Shown: one piece after another, positions 62,901 through 64,000 of the stretch
Layout of the letters: each line of letters opens with the position of its first letter
How positions within the stretch are numbered: position 1 is the first letter of the stretch
NCBI GenBank assembly: GCA_026982895.1
Contig: JALWQW010000003.1
Location: forward strand, 10,063 to 74,062
Origin: Candidatus Micrarchaeota archaeon
Lineage (GTDB): Archaea; Micrarchaeota; Micrarchaeia; Anstonellales; J096
Reading direction: 5' to 3'
Length of the DNA stretch: 64,000 bases
Translations under genes and position numbers: made by a program
The notes under the pieces: model-generated
Database searches by the model: none
The model's input: the letters and a program-made list of their open reading frames with translations, nothing else
What the model was told of the DNA's origin: nothing

Positions 62901-63901
62901 TCTATAATGAGGTTGCCATTCTCGGCATAACAAGGAATACAGCTGTGGCTCTTCGCCCATCTTTTCAATTTTCGTATTATTCTCTTTTTCTCCTCCTTAG
63001 GCAGGGCCTCATACATGGCAGCAGCACTGTCGTATCCTTCCCAGGCCCTTTTAAAGAGAGATTCGGCCGTTTCTCTCACCTTTTTGTCCCTTACTCCTTT
63101 GATATAGGGATAATCAGGGTAGTGGTCCCACGCTAATAACATGAGCTCGAGGAAGAAACGACTTTCCAATCCAAGAGTAGATATAGCCATAAGAGCTGCT
63201 TTGATGCCGTATCCCTTGTCTAATAGCTCCTCTGTTAATTCCACTACTCCTCGCTGGTCTTTCTTTGAGAAGGCGTTGAATATTTTCTCTGACGAATGGC
63301 CACCTGTATAGGTCTCTAGGAGGCTTTTGGCTCCTTCGCCTACACTTCCTTTCTTTTCTGGTGAGAAGCTAAGAAGGAAAAGATGAGAAAGAAATCTTCT
63401 CTCTACACCCAATTCTCTTATAACTGCTGGTAGATTTAGATCGCTCCTCCCCCTCATAAGCTCTTTCCATTCCTTGGTGATTTGGGCAATTATTCTTGCT
63501 TTTGTTTTGGGAGTTAGTTCTTTGTAAAGCTCTTCAGGACTTTTCATGGTCGATTTTAAAGCCTCTTCTGCTGCCTCTCGGAGCTCTTCATCTCTATACT
63601 TAATGACCATTAATTCAAAGAGATGCTCTTTCTGAACGTGTAATTCCTTGACGAGCTCTATGGCTTTCTTCTTTATTTGTTTATCTTCACCTCTAAGGAA
63701 GGTCTTTATTCCTGCTCTTACACGCTCCTTTTCATTCTCCTCTAACCTCTCGTAGAGCCCTCTCATTCCGTTAGGGTTTTTCCGAATAATAGCCTTAACT
63801 GCTTCTCTCATTTCTGGCTTGTCGCTCTCTTGAAGAGTGAGTAAGTCTAGTAGGAAATCGCTGAGGAGCTCCGTTCTCTCAAGGAATTTAAGGGCTGCCA
63901 A
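59912..63901 (-). CDS. Giant all-alpha modular repeat protein (1329 aa) of unknown function
   Basis: About 100-aa modules repeat at least 9 times. Each carries a 'hxxLG[ILM]xxEFhxELhhL' motif. Examples: 'RELGVERRFLSHLFLLSF', 'ISTLGLESRFFLELMLLAW', 'INDLGIQDLYARELVEIL', 'IRSLGIEEEFLAEFVQF', 'KELGLEKELLPYELYAYG', 'IEESGIQEEFFPELALLWM', 'IERFELQDEFIGEIWVLSRFG'. Confidence 0.55.
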   Translation of the reverse strand: MAALKFLERTELLSDFLLDLLTLQESDKPEMREAVKAIIRKNPNGMRGLYERLEENEKERVRAGIKTFLRGEDKQIKKKAIELVKELHVQKEHLFELMVIKYRDEELREAAEEALKSTMKSPEELYKELTPKTKARIIAQITKEWKELMRGRSDLNLPAVIRELGVERRFLSHLFLLSFSPEKKGSVGEGAKSLLETYTGGHSSEKIFNAFSKKDQRGVVELTEELLDKGYGIKAALMAISTLGLESRFFLELMLLAWDHYPDYPYIKGVRDKKVRETAESLFKRAWEGYDSAAAMYEALPKEEKKRIIRKLKRWAKSHSCIPCYAENGNLIIEERDDFYESKEYPNREAKRWFVLQAIDKFRLHLKLVPELILLRNDSLVPIREEADYMWDQEPELYVRAPEEIWKKILHEEEREELLELTKGWLRSINLRKKRVAAGVVSYFGVRDENVGSVLDAFLTIEDLQAHEKEDVKETRDLLIGGLLLWSQRTKSKGREPIEIIRERYGDLMNKIEERLESYYFAPLQRTLEDERIAVGVKMVQALGLWKEFFAELAVAGAFDGSDLKELFKQLSSEEQERVKAKIKDYIKKWRDSDWKKTSATLKVINDLGIQDLYARELVEILLEKRFHMGNVDILIIKTFEEWKERLKGKTLYNALSEGEDKELLAKLTANVRRHLMSKDVKEQKWGIQLALLFGMTEILQKDIINLINDLESLDIEKGKNVIRFIRSTSFKDLFEEKMREKIPKWLKEESKEGTVLKRHIELAIFAIKELGMGKVMLRDILEFLLSDKVEELYSGDLNNLREILFSVGKEVKEEGRRLIDVVREEDPKLADEIIKRIRAWAQEEKGGLRWTHYEIGATLIRSLGIEEEFLAEFVQFDRRDADVREDFLSWKDELLKKGKRPIDIIMEKEPKLAQELIEEVKKDIQSPITKTRDHGFRLTMDFDLQDWILPSLVEIAITREWEGKNSLRASVHETLVYWRDWHLSKNEEPLEVVKRENVELAKKILETIGSAETSNTTRALLIGELHLQKQFLRELIFLSFTTWAGEWAWKSHEELGKKSLKDIYMGLEGKEKDEIKNKVRRYLLSEKKEVRGLGSSMAKELGLEKELLPYELYAYGDKEEAREVYKQASKGERELIEENFRDVFMRVFKGELDKSYMRPVVEFIEESGIQEEFFPELALLWMIVRYGGWKTYGSEGVRVRVREALGERWAEEPKKLYSNMTKKEKERMALILGKMLKSKESIVRRGLELIERFELQDEFIGEIWVLSRFGSNSDIRRKASKIIETWKGDKSLYEKVVENLSKFQKPFSIEADKKAMLVLMMEALCLEG

Positions 63902-64000
63902 TGCATGGAGGGTATTACTGCTTAATAACTCTCTTCGTATGTAATTTTTCAGCTGTTCTTTTTTGTGTTTAGGAAGCCTGCGAATACCTTCTTTAATTCG

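Noticed and set aside
1-64000. CRISPR arrays, IS elements, integrases, and toxin-antitoxin pairs of canonical type
   Set aside because: I scanned for regularly spaced direct repeats and for transposase or integrase motifs (DDE; R..H..R..Y). None were found. The only perfect repeats are intragenic, in the vWA gene and tbp.

Overview
The window is a 64 kb low-GC chromosomal segment that reads as archaeal. Archaeal informational genes are present: TATA-binding protein, ribosomal protein L21e followed by an Rpo4-like and a DUF655 gene, release factor aRF1, Cbf5, a short crenarchaeal-type XPF nuclease, an FtsZ and a tRNA-Thr(CGU). Archaeal lipid and isoprenoid genes are also present: a GGPP synthase, a type-2 IPP isomerase and a ferredoxin plus geranylgeranyl reductase pair. 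Central and translation-related genes include the C-terminal isomerase domain of GlmS (truncated by the window start), ADP-forming acetyl-CoA synthetase beta/alpha, ribose-1,5-bisphosphate isomerase, gatB, and gatC/gatA at a separate locus.

Between these lie several accessory blocks with no obvious precedent:
(1) 39.9-46.9 kb, the best candidate for a novel system. It holds two tandem paralogous N-terminally membrane-anchored coiled-coil proteins, a VirB4/HerA-superfamily P-loop ATPase, a small membrane protein with a polybasic tail, a cytosolic protein with a possible wHTH, and an 846-aa two-TM protein. Together they look like a membrane translocation or DNA-transfer-like apparatus.
(2) 33.4-38.7 kb: a MoxR/CbbQ-like AAA+ ATPase, a 974-aa coiled-coil vWA protein with an exact 45-bp intragenic repeat, and an acidic partner.
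(3) A 1099-aa membrane-anchored surface protein built from di-cysteine Ig-like modules with a C-terminal transglutaminase-like Cys-His-Asp domain, inserted between idsA and idi.
(4) A tandem pair of beta-carbonic anhydrase genes after the tRNA. One copy has lost two zinc ligands yet keeps a 28-nt block identical to the intact copy.
(5) A 1329-aa all-helical protein built from about 100-aa modules carrying a recurring 'LG[IL]xxEF...EL' motif.
(6) An NTase / unknown / P-loop kinase operon with overlapping gene boundaries, and an unknown / PIN / XPF operon.

No CRISPR arrays, transposases or integrases were recognised. All family assignments are from reading the motifs by eye and need a profile search to confirm.
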